Counted from the stretch's first letter, positions 49,322 to 61,114 are shown. The stretch is 64,000 nt of DNA from an uncultured delta proteobacterium (GCA_963736855.1 CAVTQK010000009.1:384001-448000), one strand, 5' to 3'. Numbers and translations are program-made. The notes: a model not told the origin generated them from the letters alone.

Positions 49322-50992
49322 ATGGCCTCTGATCCTGCCACCCAATTTCAAACCAACGGTCTGGACCCGGAAACCCGGCAGATGGTCGTCGAAACGGTCC
49401 TGCAGCTGAAAAACCGGCTCCTGACCAAGGAAAAAGTCCTTGAGTTGGATAAACACGAGGCTTTTCCTGAAGATATCATCCGCCAAATGTTGAGCCCCGA
49501 GATCGGGCTCCAGCTCCTGTTCATCCCGGAAGCTTACGGCGGGATGGGGGGTGGTGCCGCAGATTGCTGCGAGATCACTCGGGAAATGGCCAAGATCTGC
49601 CTGGGGGTCTCCACGGCTTTTTTCGCCATCCAGTTAGGGTCAGACCCCCTTCGAGTCGGCGGAACCGAAATGCAAAAGAAAAAGTGGCTTTCCGCCATCG
49701 CCGAGGGAAAATCTCTGGTTGCTTATGCCGTGACGGAGCCCGAAGCCGGAAGCAACCTGGCATCCTTAAAAACCAAGGCGGATCCGGTCTTGGGATCTTC
49801 GGGAGAGATTATCGGCTATAAAATAAACGGAAGCAAGCAGTTCATCTCCACGGGTGGATACGCCGACTTTATCACTGTTCTGGCCAAGGCCCCGGAAGGG
49901 CCTTCCTTTTTTGTTGTGGAGAAAGGTTCGGAAGGGTTTGTGCAGGGAAAAGGCGAAGAAAAGCATGGAATCCGCGCTTCCAACACCTCTCCCCTCACCT
50001 TCACCGATGTTTTCGTCCCGAAGGATAACCTCATCGGCGGGGTTCCGGGCCTCGGACTCAAGCAAGCCAACGAAGTCTTCGGCTACACGCGACTGATGGT
50101 GGCCGCCATGGCCCTTGGTGCCGGCCAAGCTGCCATGGACATTGTTATTCCGTATGCCAAGGAACGGATCCAATTCGGATCCCCCCTCTCTGAAAAGCAA
50201 GGGTATACCCACAAGCTCGTAGTTCCCCACGTGGTCCGTCTGGAAGCCGCTGCCGCTTATCTAGCGGAAACAGCAAAGCGGCTGGATGAAACCCGGGAAG
50301 ACCTGCAGGTGGAAGGCTCCATCGCCAAGCTCTTTGCTACCGAAGCCGCCAACAAAGCCGCGGACGACGCCATGCAGGCTCTCGGCGGATACGGTTACAT
50401 CCGGGAGTTTATGGTGGAAAAGATCAAACGGGATGTGAAAATTACCTGCATTTATGAGGGGACCAGCGAAATCCAGCAAAACATCATCAGCACGTTCCGC
50501 TGGAAAAAGACCCGAAAATCCAAGGGGGCCTTTTATTCGGATATCGCCCTGGAGATGGATCAAATAGATGCTTTATACCCCGATATGGGAGGCAAACTCA
50601 TCGGGTTGGCGGCCCGGGCGTTGAATGAAATCGTGACATTGGCCCATGACCACAAACTCACCCGGCAACAGGTGGTGATGTTTGCGTTAGCCGATATGAT
50701 GACCCATGTGGAAATCGGGGCCAGTTTCGTGAAAAAAGCCAAAGGCCTGGAAGAACAACAGCATCCCGCATCTAAAAAAATCAAGGCCTTTTCAAGAATT
50801 TTTGCCCGTGAGGTAGCTCAAGCAATATCACAAAATGCCGCGAAAATCATCCTGGGAAGCGGGCTTTTCGATTCGGAAAAATCTTTGTCATTCCTGGACC
50901 GCATCGCCTTCGCATCGCTGACTGCCGGATATCAAAACCTCTTCAACGACTTGGACCTTGCGGCCGACTATATCTTTGAGAGGCAGAAATGA
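49322..50992 (+). CDS. Acyl-CoA dehydrogenase family protein with C-terminal extension
   Basis: IPEAYGG.G, YAVTEPEAGS, INGSKQFIS, E.K.GIRAS.T, R.QFG.P, QALGGYGY, catalytic IYEGTSEIQ; the longer ORF-track start overlaps rpmF and is spurious. Confidence 0.9.
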   Translation: MASDPATQFQTNGLDPETRQMVVETVLQLKNRLLTKEKVLELDKHEAFPEDIIRQMLSPEIGLQLLFIPEAYGGMGGGAADCCEITREMAKICLGVSTAFFAIQLGSDPLRVGGTEMQKKKWLSAIAEGKSLVAYAVTEPEAGSNLASLKTKADPVLGSSGEIIGYKINGSKQFISTGGYADFITVLAKAPEGPSFFVVEKGSEGFVQGKGEEKHGIRASNTSPLTFTDVFVPKDNLIGGVPGLGLKQANEVFGYTRLMVAAMALGAGQAAMDIVIPYAKERIQFGSPLSEKQGYTHKLVVPHVVRLEAAAAYLAETAKRLDETREDLQVEGSIAKLFATEAANKAADDAMQALGGYGYIREFMVEKIKRDVKITCIYEGTSEIQQNIISTFRWKKTRKSKGAFYSDIALEMDQIDALYPDMGGKLIGLAARALNEIVTLAHDHKLTRQQVVMFALADMMTHVEIGASFVKKAKGLEEQQHPASKKIKAFSRIFAREVAQAISQNAAKIILGSGLFDSEKSLSFLDRIAFASLTAGYQNLFNDLDLAADYIFERQK

Positions 50993-51753
50993 CAACCGGG
51001 GAAAAACGGGTGGCTGTGGTCACCGGAGGCTCACGGGGAATTGGACGCGCTATTTGCCTGGCACTTTCGGGAACGGATACGCAAATTTACTTCAACTATT
51101 TTTCTCCCACCGACCCGGAAGGCGAAAAGATCCATGCGAAAAAAACCGAGACCCTTATAGAAGAAGTCGGGGGATCCGCGAAAAGCGGCAGCGTCAACGT
51201 GGCTTCGGAGGCCGAAGTCAAGGCTTTCTTCGAGAACATCATCGCCGAAACCGGGCGCATCGATGTTCTAGTCAACAACGCCGGAATCACCAAAGATAAA
51301 TTGCTCATGCGTATGAACGAACAGGACTGGGATGCCGTCATGGCCGTCAATCTGAAGGGCGCCTTCCATTGCACTCGATTTGCGGCCCGCGCTATGGTGA
51401 ATCAGCGGTTCGGGCGCATCATCAACATTGCCTCCATTGTGGGGGTTATCGGAAATGTCGGCCAGGCCAACTACGTGGCTTCCAAGGCGGGAATCATCGG
51501 TTTGACTAAAACCGCCGCCAGGGAATTCGCTCAGCGGGGTATTACCGTGAACGCGGTGGCACCGGGATTCATCGAAACGGACATGACTGCCTCCCTTCCC
51601 CAGAAGGTGAGGGAAGGCATGCTCGCACAGATCCCCCTGGGCCGAACCGGGCAGCCCGAAGACGTAGCGCATATGGTGGCCTTCCTGGCTTCCGATGAAG
51701 CGGCATATATTACCGGCCAGGTCATCCATGTCAGTGGCGGCATGTATATTTAG
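50989..51753 (+). CDS. fabG: 3-oxoacyl-ACP reductase
   Basis: TGGSRGIG, NNAGIT.D, YVASKAG, VAPGFI.TDMT. Confidence 0.93.
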   Translation: MTTGEKRVAVVTGGSRGIGRAICLALSGTDTQIYFNYFSPTDPEGEKIHAKKTETLIEEVGGSAKSGSVNVASEAEVKAFFENIIAETGRIDVLVNNAGITKDKLLMRMNEQDWDAVMAVNLKGAFHCTRFAARAMVNQRFGRIINIASIVGVIGNVGQANYVASKAGIIGLTKTAAREFAQRGITVNAVAPGFIETDMTASLPQKVREGMLAQIPLGRTGQPEDVAHMVAFLASDEAAYITGQVIHVSGGMYI

Positions 51754-51800
51754 CAACTTAATAAATGCTATCCCGGAAAGCTATGAAGGAGGAAACGATC

Positions 51801-52031
51801 ATGTCACTTGAGGATAAGGTCAAAAAGATCATCGCGGAAAAACTGAGCGTGGACATCAACGACATCGTACCGGAGGCTTCCTTCGTGGATGACCTGGGCG
51901 CGGACTCCTTGGATCTGGTGGAACTCATCATGTCCATGGAGGAGGAGTTTGATATCGAGATTTCGGACGAAGAGGCGGAAAAACTCGTCACTGTGAAAGA
52001 CGTCCTGGATTATATCGCCAAACATTCTTAA
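51801..52031 (+). CDS. acpP: Acyl carrier protein
   Basis: [12 protein letters not shown] motif; RBS AGGAGG. Confidence 0.96.
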   Translation: MSLEDKVKKIIAEKLSVDINDIVPEASFVDDLGADSLDLVELIMSMEEEFDIEISDEEAEKLVTVKDVLDYIAKHS

Positions 52032-52111
52032 TCGCTCATCATCCGTCCCGATAACGGAGATTTTTTTCCGGGCTTTGATGCCCGCTCAAAGATGGATACA
52101 GGGAGGAAGCT

Positions 52112-53356
52112 TTGATTAAAAAAAGGGTCGCGATCACCGGCGTCGGTCTGGTGACACCCCTGGGCGTGGGAGTGAAAGAAACCTGGACCGCTCTTTGCGA
52201 CGGAAAGTCCGGGATCGGACGGATCACGCGGTTCGACGCCACTCAGTACCAGACCCAAATCGCGGGCGAGATCAAAGACTTCAACCCCACCGATTTCATG
52301 TCCCAAAAGGACGCCAACCGGTCCACACCGTTCATCGCCTATTCCGTGGCCGCCTCCCGGATGGCTATGGAAGATTCCGGCTTGACCATCGATTCTGCAA
52401 ATGCTCCACGGGTCGGTGTATTCACGGGGTGCGGTCTGGGGGGGCTTTCTTTTCTGGAGGAAACGACCCGGGTCATCGAACATAAAGGGCCCAAACGGGT
52501 GAGCCCGTTTTTCATCCCGATGATGATAGGGAACATGGCCGCCGGAATGATCTCCATCCTTTTTGGGGCAAAAGGCCCCAACGCATCCATGGCCACCGCA
52601 TGTGCCGCCGGAACCCACGCCGTCGGCGAGGCCTTCAAGATCATTCAAAGCGGTCGTGCCGATGCCATGATCACCGGAGGCGTGGAGTCTGTGGTAACCC
52701 CTACAGCTGTTGCCGGATTCAACGCGATGAAGGCCCTTTCCACCCGAAACGACGCGCCGGAGAAGGCTTCCAGGCCTTTCGACCGGGACCGTGACGGATT
52801 CGTCATCGGAGAGGGCTCCGGTATCCTGATCCTGGAAAGCCTGGAAAACGCCGAAAAACGCGGAGCCCGTATCTATGCCGAGATTGTCGGATATGGAATG
52901 AGCGGGGACGCCTTCCACATCAGCGCCCCTTCACAGGATGGCGAGGGGATGGCGCGATGCATGGCGGCCGCCATTGAAGATTCAGGAATTTTGCCTGAGG
53001 CTGTGGAATATATCAATGCCCACGGTACCTCCACCCTCCTCAATGACCTATATGAAACCCGGGCCATCAAGACCGTCTTTGCGGAACATGCCCGGACGGT
53101 TGCCGTCAGTTCCACGAAATCCATGACCGGCCATCTTCTCGGCGGCGCCGGTGGGATCGAGACCGTTTTTACGGCCCTGACCCTATACCATGACATCCTT
53201 CCCCCCACCATCAATTTTGAAAATCCCGGGGAGGAATGCGATCTCGACTATGTTCCCAACGTCTCCCGCAAAAAAGCCGTCGAGTACGCCATGAACAACT
53301 CCTTTGGTTTTGGCGGAACCAACGCCTGCCTGGTTCTTAAAAAATTCCACCCTTAA
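52112..53356 (+). CDS. fabF: 3-oxoacyl-ACP synthase II
   Basis: TACAAG, NAHGTST, STKSMTGHLLG, NSFGFGG. Confidence 0.96.
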   Translation: MIKKRVAITGVGLVTPLGVGVKETWTALCDGKSGIGRITRFDATQYQTQIAGEIKDFNPTDFMSQKDANRSTPFIAYSVAASRMAMEDSGLTIDSANAPRVGVFTGCGLGGLSFLEETTRVIEHKGPKRVSPFFIPMMIGNMAAGMISILFGAKGPNASMATACAAGTHAVGEAFKIIQSGRADAMITGGVESVVTPTAVAGFNAMKALSTRNDAPEKASRPFDRDRDGFVIGEGSGILILESLENAEKRGARIYAEIVGYGMSGDAFHISAPSQDGEGMARCMAAAIEDSGILPEAVEYINAHGTSTLLNDLYETRAIKTVFAEHARTVAVSSTKSMTGHLLGGAGGIETVFTALTLYHDILPPTINFENPGEECDLDYVPNVSRKKAVEYAMNNSFGFGGTNACLVLKKFHP

Positions 53357-53472
53357 ATCCTTAATAATTCGTCCATTTTCCCTTGCCCAAGCTCAAGGGG
53401 CATGATATAATAATTATTTGTAGGAAATCATCGACCGTATTCATCGCGCGATAAAAAAGAAAGGCATTGGAT

Positions 53473-53961
53473 ATGGAAGACATCACGGGCCCCATTGCCA
53501 TCGGCTGTGATCATGCCGCCTATGCGCTCAAGGAGGTCATCAAGAAATTCCTGCTCCAAAAAGGGATCGAGATAGTGGATGTGGGAACAAACGGGGAAGC
53601 CTCTGTCGATTATCCCGACTTCGGGAAGAAGGTGGCGGCCATGGTCTCTTCGAAAAAGGTCCGTCGCGGCATTCTCATTTGTGGTACCGGAATCGGCATG
53701 TCCATAGTGGCCAACCGGTTTCCCGGTGTACGGGCCGCCCTTTGTTCAGATATGTATTCCGCCACCATGAGCCGGCGACACAACGACGCCAACATTCTCG
53801 CCTTGGGCGCCCGGGTGATTGGTGAAGGGCTCGCCCTGGAAATCGTGCGGGTGTGGCTCGATACTCCCTTCGAAGGCGGGCGCCACCAGATACGCGTCAA
53901 TAAGATCGAACAGGCGGCATTACAGAAAGCCGAAGAGCCGAATCCAGGCACCTCCCGTTGA
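53473..53961 (+). CDS. rpiB: Ribose 5-phosphate isomerase B
   Basis: [33 protein letters not shown]. Confidence 0.95.
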   Translation: MEDITGPIAIGCDHAAYALKEVIKKFLLQKGIEIVDVGTNGEASVDYPDFGKKVAAMVSSKKVRRGILICGTGIGMSIVANRFPGVRAALCSDMYSATMSRRHNDANILALGARVIGEGLALEIVRVWLDTPFEGGRHQIRVNKIEQAALQKAEEPNPGTSR

Positions 53962-53995
53962 ATTCATCCCACGATGTGTGGTCTTGCAGAACGAA

Positions 53996-55273
53996 ATGGA
54001 AAACACGCTGACATTGGACGCAATACAAAGAACAGATCCTGAAATCGCCTCAGCCATCCGTGCCGAGTTTATTCGCCAACGAGACACGCTTGAACTGATC
54101 GCATCGGAAAACATCGCCAGCCAAGCGGTCATGGAAGCACAGGGGAGCGTGCTCACGAACAAATACGCCGAGGGTTATCCGGGGAAACGGTATTATGGTG
54201 GATGTGAGTACATGGACCAGACGGAGCGTTTGGCGACAGACCGTGCCAAGTCGCTGTTTAAGGCTGAGTATGCCAACGTTCAGCCGCATTCGGGCTCCCA
54301 AGCCAACATGGCCGTATACTTTTCGCTGCTCGATCCCGGAGATTCCATTCTGGGTATGAGCCTGACCCATGGCGGACACCTGACGCATGGGAGCCCGGCC
54401 AGTTTCTCTGGCCGGTTTTTTCAGTTTTCCCACTACGGCGTGGACAAGACAACCGGACGCATCGACTATACCGAGGTAGAACGGATCGCCCGTCACGTAC
54501 GGCCAAAGATGATCGTTGCCGGAGCTAGCGCCTATCCCCGAATCATCGATTTTGACGCCTTTTCAAACATCGCCCGATCGGTGGGGGCCATTTTGATGGT
54601 GGATATGGCCCACATCGCCGGCCTGGTAGCAGCCGGGCTGCATCCATCCCCTATTCAAACGGCTGATGCGGTCACTTCTACCACGCACAAAACCCTCCGA
54701 GGTCCACGGGGCGGACTGATTCTTTCTCGAGTGATACACAAAGAAAAATTCGACCGGGAGATCTTTCCCGGGATTCAAGGCGGACCCCTCATGCACGTCA
54801 TCGCCGCCAAGGCTGTAGCATTCAAGGAAGCCCTCGGGGACACATTCAAGGCTTATCAAAAACGGGTCGTCGAAAATGCCAAAGCCCTGGCTTCCGGCCT
54901 TCTGGGTGAAGGGGTGGATTTGGTGTCCGGAGGAACAGACAACCACATGCTGCTGCTCGATCTGAGAAGCCTGAACCTCACCGGCAAGACGGCCCAAGAA
55001 ATGCTGGAGCGGGCGGGTATCACCACCAACAAAAACGCCATTCCCTTCGATCCTGCCGGGCCGGCGGTCACCAGCGGGATCCGCATCGGCACCCCGGTGG
55101 TAACCACTCGGGGAATGGGCCTGTCTGAGATGGCCCATATCGCCAATCTGATCGTTCGGGTCTTGATAAAACCGGGAGACGACAAGACGATTCAAGAGAT
55201 CCGAAAAAAAACCCTGGATCTCTGCAGGGCGTTTCCGATTTATCCGCAATTTAACCCGGGAGAGTCCAACTGA
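53996..55273 (+). CDS. glyA: Serine hydroxymethyltransferase
   Basis: [41 protein letters not shown]. Confidence 0.97.
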   Translation: MENTLTLDAIQRTDPEIASAIRAEFIRQRDTLELIASENIASQAVMEAQGSVLTNKYAEGYPGKRYYGGCEYMDQTERLATDRAKSLFKAEYANVQPHSGSQANMAVYFSLLDPGDSILGMSLTHGGHLTHGSPASFSGRFFQFSHYGVDKTTGRIDYTEVERIARHVRPKMIVAGASAYPRIIDFDAFSNIARSVGAILMVDMAHIAGLVAAGLHPSPIQTADAVTSTTHKTLRGPRGGLILSRVIHKEKFDREIFPGIQGGPLMHVIAAKAVAFKEALGDTFKAYQKRVVENAKALASGLLGEGVDLVSGGTDNHMLLLDLRSLNLTGKTAQEMLERAGITTNKNAIPFDPAGPAVTSGIRIGTPVVTTRGMGLSEMAHIANLIVRVLIKPGDDKTIQEIRKKTLDLCRAFPIYPQFNPGESN

Positions 55274-55753
55274 ATGGAAAATTGCGACAGCCGCCCCTCT
55301 TGGGAAACTTATTTCATGGATATCGCATCCCTGGTGGCCAAGCGCTCCACTTGCCTCAGACGGTCCGTGGGAGCGATCATCGTCAAGGAAAAGCGGATTC
55401 TAAGTACCGGATATAACGGCGCCCCTTCGGGAATCCGGCATTGTCTGGAAACGGGATGCCTTCGGGAACAGATGGGGCTTGCTTCCGGCGAAAGGCACGA
55501 GCTTTGCCGGGGGATCCATGCGGAGCAAAATGCCATCATCCAGGCAGCTCTTCACGGCGTCTCCATCAAGGATGCCGATCTTTTTTGCACCAATTTACCC
55601 TGTGCCATCTGTGCCAAGATGCTCATCAATGCCGGCATCCGAAAGATATACTACCAATCCGGTTATGCGGACCACATGTCCACTCAGATGTTCGAGGAGG
55701 CGGGAGTCGCTGTCATCCATCTGGAAAATCCTAAACAAGGAAGCCAAGCATGA
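55274..55753 (+). CDS. dCMP deaminase family (ComEB-like) protein
   Basis: RPSW..YFM, RSTC.RR.VGA, TGYNG, HAEQNA, PCAICAK. Confidence 0.9.
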   Translation: MENCDSRPSWETYFMDIASLVAKRSTCLRRSVGAIIVKEKRILSTGYNGAPSGIRHCLETGCLREQMGLASGERHELCRGIHAEQNAIIQAALHGVSIKDADLFCTNLPCAICAKMLINAGIRKIYYQSGYADHMSTQMFEEAGVAVIHLENPKQGSQA

Positions 55754-56205
55754 AATGTCCATTCTGCTCCGAACTCGACAACAAGGTGATCGATTCCAGA
55801 CTCGGCAAAGACGGTGAAGTCATTCGGCGGAGACGGGAATGCATCGCTTGCGGCAGGCGGTTCACCACGTACGAACACGTCGAGGAGATCCCCCTGACGA
55901 TCATCAAGAAAGATGGCCGCCGGGAGGTCTTTTCGCGGGGAAAAGTCCTTTCCGGAATGAAGAAAGCCTGCGAGAAGCGAAACATCAGTATCAACGAGAT
56001 CGAGTCGTTTGTCGACGACCTGGAACGGGATTTAAGGGAGATCGGAGAAAAGGAAATCTCTTCCCATGTTGTGGGTGAAAAAATAATGGCCAAGCTTCAC
56101 ACCATCGATGACGTAGCCTACGTCCGGTTTGCCTCCGTCTACCGGGAATTCAAGGATGTTAACGACTTTTTCGATGAACTCAAAAATCTCTTGAATAAGC
56201 AATAG
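55750..56205 (+). CDS. nrdR: Transcriptional repressor NrdR
   Basis: MKCPFC, RRRREC..C..RFTTYE, ATP cone, [10 protein letters not shown]. Confidence 0.97.
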   Translation: MKCPFCSELDNKVIDSRLGKDGEVIRRRRECIACGRRFTTYEHVEEIPLTIIKKDGRREVFSRGKVLSGMKKACEKRNISINEIESFVDDLERDLREIGEKEISSHVVGEKIMAKLHTIDDVAYVRFASVYREFKDVNDFFDELKNLLNKQ

Positions 56206-56232
56206 TCTCATCTCAAGTTTCCCAAAATACCC

Positions 56233-57390
56233 ATGGATGATCGATTCTTTATGAAAATGGCCCTCACCCTTGCACGGAAAGGGATGGGGTTCACCTCCCC
56301 CAACCCCATGGTAGGAGCCGTCGTGGTAAAAGATGAGAAGGTCGTAGGAAAAGGGTTCCATCGAAAGGTGGGCAGGCCCCATGCCGAGATCGAGGCCATC
56401 CAGGATGCGGGGCCACTTTCCAAGGGGGCGACCCTTTTCGTAACTCTGGAGCCGTGCAACCATTTCGGCCGGACACCCCCGTGCACCCGGGCTATCCTTG
56501 AAGCCGGGATCCGGCGCATTGTGGCCGCCATGAAAGACCCCAATCCGGATGTGACCGGCAGAGGTATCGATTTTCTCCATGAAAATGGTGTGGAGACCAC
56601 CCTGGGAGTCCTTGAGACCGAAGCCAGGACCCTCAATGAAGCTTATGTGAAGTATGTTTTGACAAAGCGGCCCTTTGTCATTGCCAAATGCGCGGCCACG
56701 CTGGATGGATGGATCGCTACCCGGACCGGTGACTCCCGTTGGGTCACTGGGGAACGATCCAGAGCCTATGTCCATCGGATGCGACATGCCGTAGATGCCA
56801 TTCTGGTCGGTGTCGGTACAATTAAACGGGATGACCCTCAATTGACGACCCGGATTCCTGGAAAAAAAGTTTCCCATCCGATCAGAGTCATCCTGGACAC
56901 CCGGCTTAGCCTCCCCGAGGAGGCAAAGGTATTGCAGCACAACACCGACTCTGGTACATTAATTATTATCGGTGAAGCCTATCAAAACGTCCCCGATGTC
57001 GTCGCCAAAAAAAGCCGGATCGAAACATCCGGGGTCAAGGTCATTGCAGCTCCGACCCGAGACGACCGGATCGACCTTTACAGGCTCATGGATCGTCTGG
57101 GCGCCCTGGGTATCACCAGCCTGCTCATCGAAGGCGGAAGCCGCACGCTGGGATCCGCCTTTTTGTCAGGCGTGGTGGATAAAATTGCCTTTATCTTCGC
57201 ACCAAAGATCCTGGGGGGAGATGACGGATACCCCATCTGCCGGGGGCCAGGCCCTGAATGGATGGCTGCAAGCATACCGATGGAGCGTATCCGCCTGCAT
57301 CGATTTAAAGATGATATCATGATCGAAGGGTACATAACCTCCCAAAAAAAGGCGGAAAATAGTCCGCGATCCGGAAATCCGAAACGATAA
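56233..57390 (+). CDS. ribD: Riboflavin biosynthesis deaminase/reductase
   Basis: PNPMVG, HAE, TLEPCNH.G.TPPC, TLDG.IAT, LIEGG. Confidence 0.96.
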   Translation: MDDRFFMKMALTLARKGMGFTSPNPMVGAVVVKDEKVVGKGFHRKVGRPHAEIEAIQDAGPLSKGATLFVTLEPCNHFGRTPPCTRAILEAGIRRIVAAMKDPNPDVTGRGIDFLHENGVETTLGVLETEARTLNEAYVKYVLTKRPFVIAKCAATLDGWIATRTGDSRWVTGERSRAYVHRMRHAVDAILVGVGTIKRDDPQLTTRIPGKKVSHPIRVILDTRLSLPEEAKVLQHNTDSGTLIIIGEAYQNVPDVVAKKSRIETSGVKVIAAPTRDDRIDLYRLMDRLGALGITSLLIEGGSRTLGSAFLSGVVDKIAFIFAPKILGGDDGYPICRGPGPEWMAASIPMERIRLHRFKDDIMIEGYITSQKKAENSPRSGNPKR

Positions 57391-57394
57391 AACC

Positions 57395-58063
57395 ATGTTT
57401 ACAGGAATCATCGAAGGGCAGGGGACCATCGCAGCGATTCAGGCTGCAGAACAGGGTCGGCGATTTGTCTTTGCTGTCGAACTCACCTTGAACGAACCCC
57501 GAATCGGGGACAGCATTGCGGTCAACGGCGTCTGTCTGACGGCAGTGACTTTTTCCGGAAACCGCTTCGCCGCAGATGTATCACCGGAAACCTTAGAAAA
57601 AACGACGCTCGGAAAAGCCCGGATCGGAGATCGAGTCAACATCGAGCGCGCCATGCGATTTTCCGACCGGATCGGTGGGCACCTGGTTTCCGGCCATATC
57701 GATGGCGTCGGACGGATCCGGGAAAAGACCCGCATGGCAAACGCTTTTCGGGTGATCATCCAAGCGCCCGAGCATATCCTTGAATTCATGGTTCCGAAAG
57801 GATCCGTGGCGGTGGACGGGGTGAGCCTAACCCTCAACGACTGCCGTCCGGATACCTTCGAGGTCAGCATCATTCCTCATACGGCGCAAATGACCACCGT
57901 GGGGACTAAAAAACCAAACGATCCTGTTAACATCGAAGCGGACATGATCGGAAAATATGTCGCCCATTTCTTATCCCGGCAAAAAAAATCTTCATCCGAA
58001 AAACGGGCTATAGAGGGTTCACTTCTAGACCGTGCATATCTGGAAAAGACCGGTTTCCTTTGA
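57395..58063 (+). CDS. ribE: Riboflavin synthase (alpha chain)
   Basis: MFTGIIE, GDSIAVNGVCLT, GGH.VSGHIDG, KGSVAVDGVSLT (called ribC in E. coli nomenclature). Confidence 0.95.
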   Translation: MFTGIIEGQGTIAAIQAAEQGRRFVFAVELTLNEPRIGDSIAVNGVCLTAVTFSGNRFAADVSPETLEKTTLGKARIGDRVNIERAMRFSDRIGGHLVSGHIDGVGRIREKTRMANAFRVIIQAPEHILEFMVPKGSVAVDGVSLTLNDCRPDTFEVSIIPHTAQMTTVGTKKPNDPVNIEADMIGKYVAHFLSRQKKSSSEKRAIEGSLLDRAYLEKTGFL

Positions 58064-58112
58064 AAGGCTTTTCTTTTAATTATTCAGATCAGACAAGGAG
58101 TTAAAAGATCCG

Positions 58113-59327
58113 ATGCCAAAAATTTCCATTGAAAAGGCCATTGAAGAGATTCGACAAGGTAAAATGGTGATCCTGGTCGATGACGAAGACCGGGAAAACG
58201 AAGGGGATCTCACCATGGCCGCCGAAAAAGTGACCCCTGAAGCCATCAATTTCATGGCCAAATACGCCAGGGGGTTGATTTGTCTTTCCATGACGGAGAA
58301 AAAGATTGATTCCCTGGATCTTCCTCCCATGGTCAACAACAACACTTCACGGTTTCAGACCGGATTCACCGTTTCCATTGAAGCTCGGTGCGGCGTGACT
58401 ACCGGCATCTCCGCATTCGATCGCGCCACCACCATCCTCACCGCCACTGCAGATAACGCCAAACCCGGCGACCTGGTCCGGCCGGGGCACATCTTCCCCC
58501 TGAGGGCAAGAAACGGCGGCGTCATGGTCCGGGCCGGTCAAACCGAAGGGTCCGTGGATCTGGCCCGCCTGGCCGGACTCAAGCATGCCGGAGTGATTTG
58601 CGAAATCATGGACGAAGATGGGACGATGGCCAGGATGCCCGCCCTCGTGGAATTCAGCAAGCAGCACGATATCGGGATTTGTACCATCGCCGACCTCATC
58701 GAGTATCGGATGCGGACCGAATCATTCGTATCCCGAGCTGCGGAAACCGTCATCCCCACCTCCATCGCCGGCACCTTCAAGGCCATCGTCTTTGAAAACA
58801 AAATCGACGACCTGCTGCACATTGCCCTGATCAAAGGGGAGATCGATCCGAACGAGCCGATTCTGGTCCGTGTTCATTCCGAATGTCTGACCGGAGACAT
58901 CTTCGGTTCCCTTCGCTGTGATTGCGGAGAACAACTCCACCAGGCCATGAAAAGGATGGACAAGGAAGGCAGGGGCGTTCTGCTGTATATCCGTCAAGAG
59001 GGCCGGGGGATCGGCCTTATTAATAAGCTGAAGGCCTATGCTCTCCAGGACCAGGGACTCGACACGGTGGAAGCCAACCAGGCACTGGGATTCAAGCCGG
59101 ATCTGAGAAACTACGGGATCGGTGCCCAGATCCTGGCCAATCTCGGCGTCCGAAAGATGCGGCTTCTGACCAACAATCCCAAGAAAATCGTGGGACTGGA
59201 AGGTTATGGGATGAGCGTCGTGGAACAGGTTCCCATCGCTGTTGAACCCAACGAATTCAACCGTTGCTACCTGAAATGTAAGGAACTGAAGATGGGACAT
59301 CTGCTCAATATCGACGCCAATCCGTGA
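58113..59327 (+). CDS. ribBA: Bifunctional DHBP synthase/GTP cyclohydrolase II
   Basis: [49 protein letters not shown]. Confidence 0.97.
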   Translation: MPKISIEKAIEEIRQGKMVILVDDEDRENEGDLTMAAEKVTPEAINFMAKYARGLICLSMTEKKIDSLDLPPMVNNNTSRFQTGFTVSIEARCGVTTGISAFDRATTILTATADNAKPGDLVRPGHIFPLRARNGGVMVRAGQTEGSVDLARLAGLKHAGVICEIMDEDGTMARMPALVEFSKQHDIGICTIADLIEYRMRTESFVSRAAETVIPTSIAGTFKAIVFENKIDDLLHIALIKGEIDPNEPILVRVHSECLTGDIFGSLRCDCGEQLHQAMKRMDKEGRGVLLYIRQEGRGIGLINKLKAYALQDQGLDTVEANQALGFKPDLRNYGIGAQILANLGVRKMRLLTNNPKKIVGLEGYGMSVVEQVPIAVEPNEFNRCYLKCKELKMGHLLNIDANP

Positions 59328-59390
59328 TTTTAAAAAAAGGGTTCTTTCGATATTCTGTCTGATGAAAAAACCCACAAAAGGGGGGCGCAC

Positions 59391-59864
59391 ATGCCGAAAA
59401 CAGTAGAAGGGAAACTGAATGCTCAGGGGAAGCGGTTCGCATTGGTGGTCAGCCGCTTCAATGACTTTATCACGGAAAAACTCCTGTCAGGGGCCCTCGA
59501 TGCGCTGATCCGTTGCGGCGCACGGGAAGAGGATCTTGAAATCGTCAAGGTTCCGGGATCCTTTGAAATCCCGCTGGCAGCTAAAAAATTGGCCGAGAAA
59601 AGGAGCCATCACGCTGTGATTTGCCTGGGAGCGGTCATTCGAGGTGCCACCCCACATTTCGATTATATCAGCGCAGAGGTCTCCAAGGGGATCGCCACGG
59701 TGGGTTTGGAGTGCGGGGTTCCGGTGATCTTCGGCGTCGTCACTACCGATACCATCGAACAGGCCATCGAACGGGCCGGGACCAAGGCCGGAAACAAAGG
59801 GTGGAGCGCTGCCATCACCGCTATAGAAATGGCCGATCTGATGGAGGCGTTGGATCGGAAATAA
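59391..59864 (+). CDS. ribH: 6,7-dimethyl-8-ribityllumazine synthase
   Basis: [33 protein letters not shown]. Confidence 0.97.
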   Translation: MPKTVEGKLNAQGKRFALVVSRFNDFITEKLLSGALDALIRCGAREEDLEIVKVPGSFEIPLAAKKLAEKRSHHAVICLGAVIRGATPHFDYISAEVSKGIATVGLECGVPVIFGVVTTDTIEQAIERAGTKAGNKGWSAAITAIEMADLMEALDRK

Positions 59865-59867
59865 CCC

Positions 59868-60302
59868 ATGGGGAGCCGCCGCCGATCCAGGGAACTCGCC
59901 ATGCAAGCCTTGTTCTTCATGGACATGGCCCATGGTGTGAACGAAGAAGCACTAAAGCGCTACCTGGATCATTTCCCCCCTCCTGAACACGCAGGCGCCT
60001 TTTTCCTGGATCTGGTCAAAGGGGTGATGCAGACCATGCCCGAAATCGACGCCTTGATCGAATCGGCCTCAGACAACTGGAAATTGAGCCGGATGTCCTG
60101 CGTCGACCGAAATGTCATGCGGATTGCGGTTTATGAACTCAAGTACCGTAACGATATTCCCCCTAAAGTGGCCATGAACGAGGCTATCGATGTGGGGAAA
60201 AAATACGGCACCGAGGATTCCGGCGCCTTCATCAACGGAATCCTGGACACCATACATATGAAACTCATTAAAAAACAGGGGGATCAAGACAACAACGGAT
60301 GA
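59868..60302 (+). CDS. nusB: Transcription antitermination factor NusB
   Basis: RRRSRE.AMQAL, W..SRM..VDR, P.KVA.NEA, FINGILD. Confidence 0.95.
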   Translation: MGSRRRSRELAMQALFFMDMAHGVNEEALKRYLDHFPPPEHAGAFFLDLVKGVMQTMPEIDALIESASDNWKLSRMSCVDRNVMRIAVYELKYRNDIPPKVAMNEAIDVGKKYGTEDSGAFINGILDTIHMKLIKKQGDQDNNG

Positions 60303-60958
60303 AAGCACACACTACCCAAAAGAGCGGGGAATTGATCATTCACAAACTGACCGTCGGCCCCCTCATGTCTAATTGTTTCATCGTCGGGTGCCAAAAGACA
60401 AAAATAGCCGCAGTCATCGATCCCGGGGACGAGACAGAGAGGATTCTACTTGCCCTGGCCCGGTCCAGCCTGACCTTGAAAAATATTATCAACACCCACG
60501 GTCATTTCGATCACGTCAGCGGTAATAAGAAGCTCAAAGACGCCACCGGGGCCGAAATTCTCATCCACCCCCTCGATGCCCCCATGTTGAGACACATTTC
60601 CGCAAGCGCCGCGTACTTCGGTCTTTCCTCCGATGATTCACCCTCTCCTGACCGGACCGTAAATGAGGGAGATACCATCGCTTTCGGGGAGGTGATCCTG
60701 GAGGTCATTCACACACCCGGCCACACACCCGGCGGAATTTCCCTTTCCACGGACGGCGTCGTCTTTGTGGGCGATACCCTCTTTGCCGGATCCATCGGCC
60801 GGACCGATCTTCCGGGAGGGGATTACGACACGCTTATTTCCAGCATCCGAAAAAAACTGTTTCAGCTCCCGGACACCGTGCGGGTCCTTTGCGGGCACGG
60901 CCCGGAAACAACCATCGGTATCGAGAAACGCACCAACCCATTCGCCGCAATCCGATGA
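60299..60958 (+). CDS. MBL-fold metallo-hydrolase (glyoxalase II/YcbL-like)
   Basis: THGHFDH, HTPGHTPG, GDTLF.GSIGRTD, GHG. Confidence 0.9.
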   Translation: MKAHTTQKSGELIIHKLTVGPLMSNCFIVGCQKTKIAAVIDPGDETERILLALARSSLTLKNIINTHGHFDHVSGNKKLKDATGAEILIHPLDAPMLRHISASAAYFGLSSDDSPSPDRTVNEGDTIAFGEVILEVIHTPGHTPGGISLSTDGVVFVGDTLFAGSIGRTDLPGGDYDTLISSIRKKLFQLPDTVRVLCGHGPETTIGIEKRTNPFAAIR

Positions 60959-61114
60959 TCTAACCCATCAAGAACAATAGTTCATTTCTTCTTATCGGTT
61001 CTTTTCTTGCCATGGGCTCGTACAGGGTAAAAAAATGGTAAGAGGCTCAATGTGAGGCGGACGACTCGAATAAACACCTACCAATATCTGCCAATGTTTT
61101 CTTTAGGCAGTCAT

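Noticed and set aside
56205..58113. FMN riboswitch for the rib genes
   Set aside because: Intergenic gaps are too short and no RFN consensus was seen
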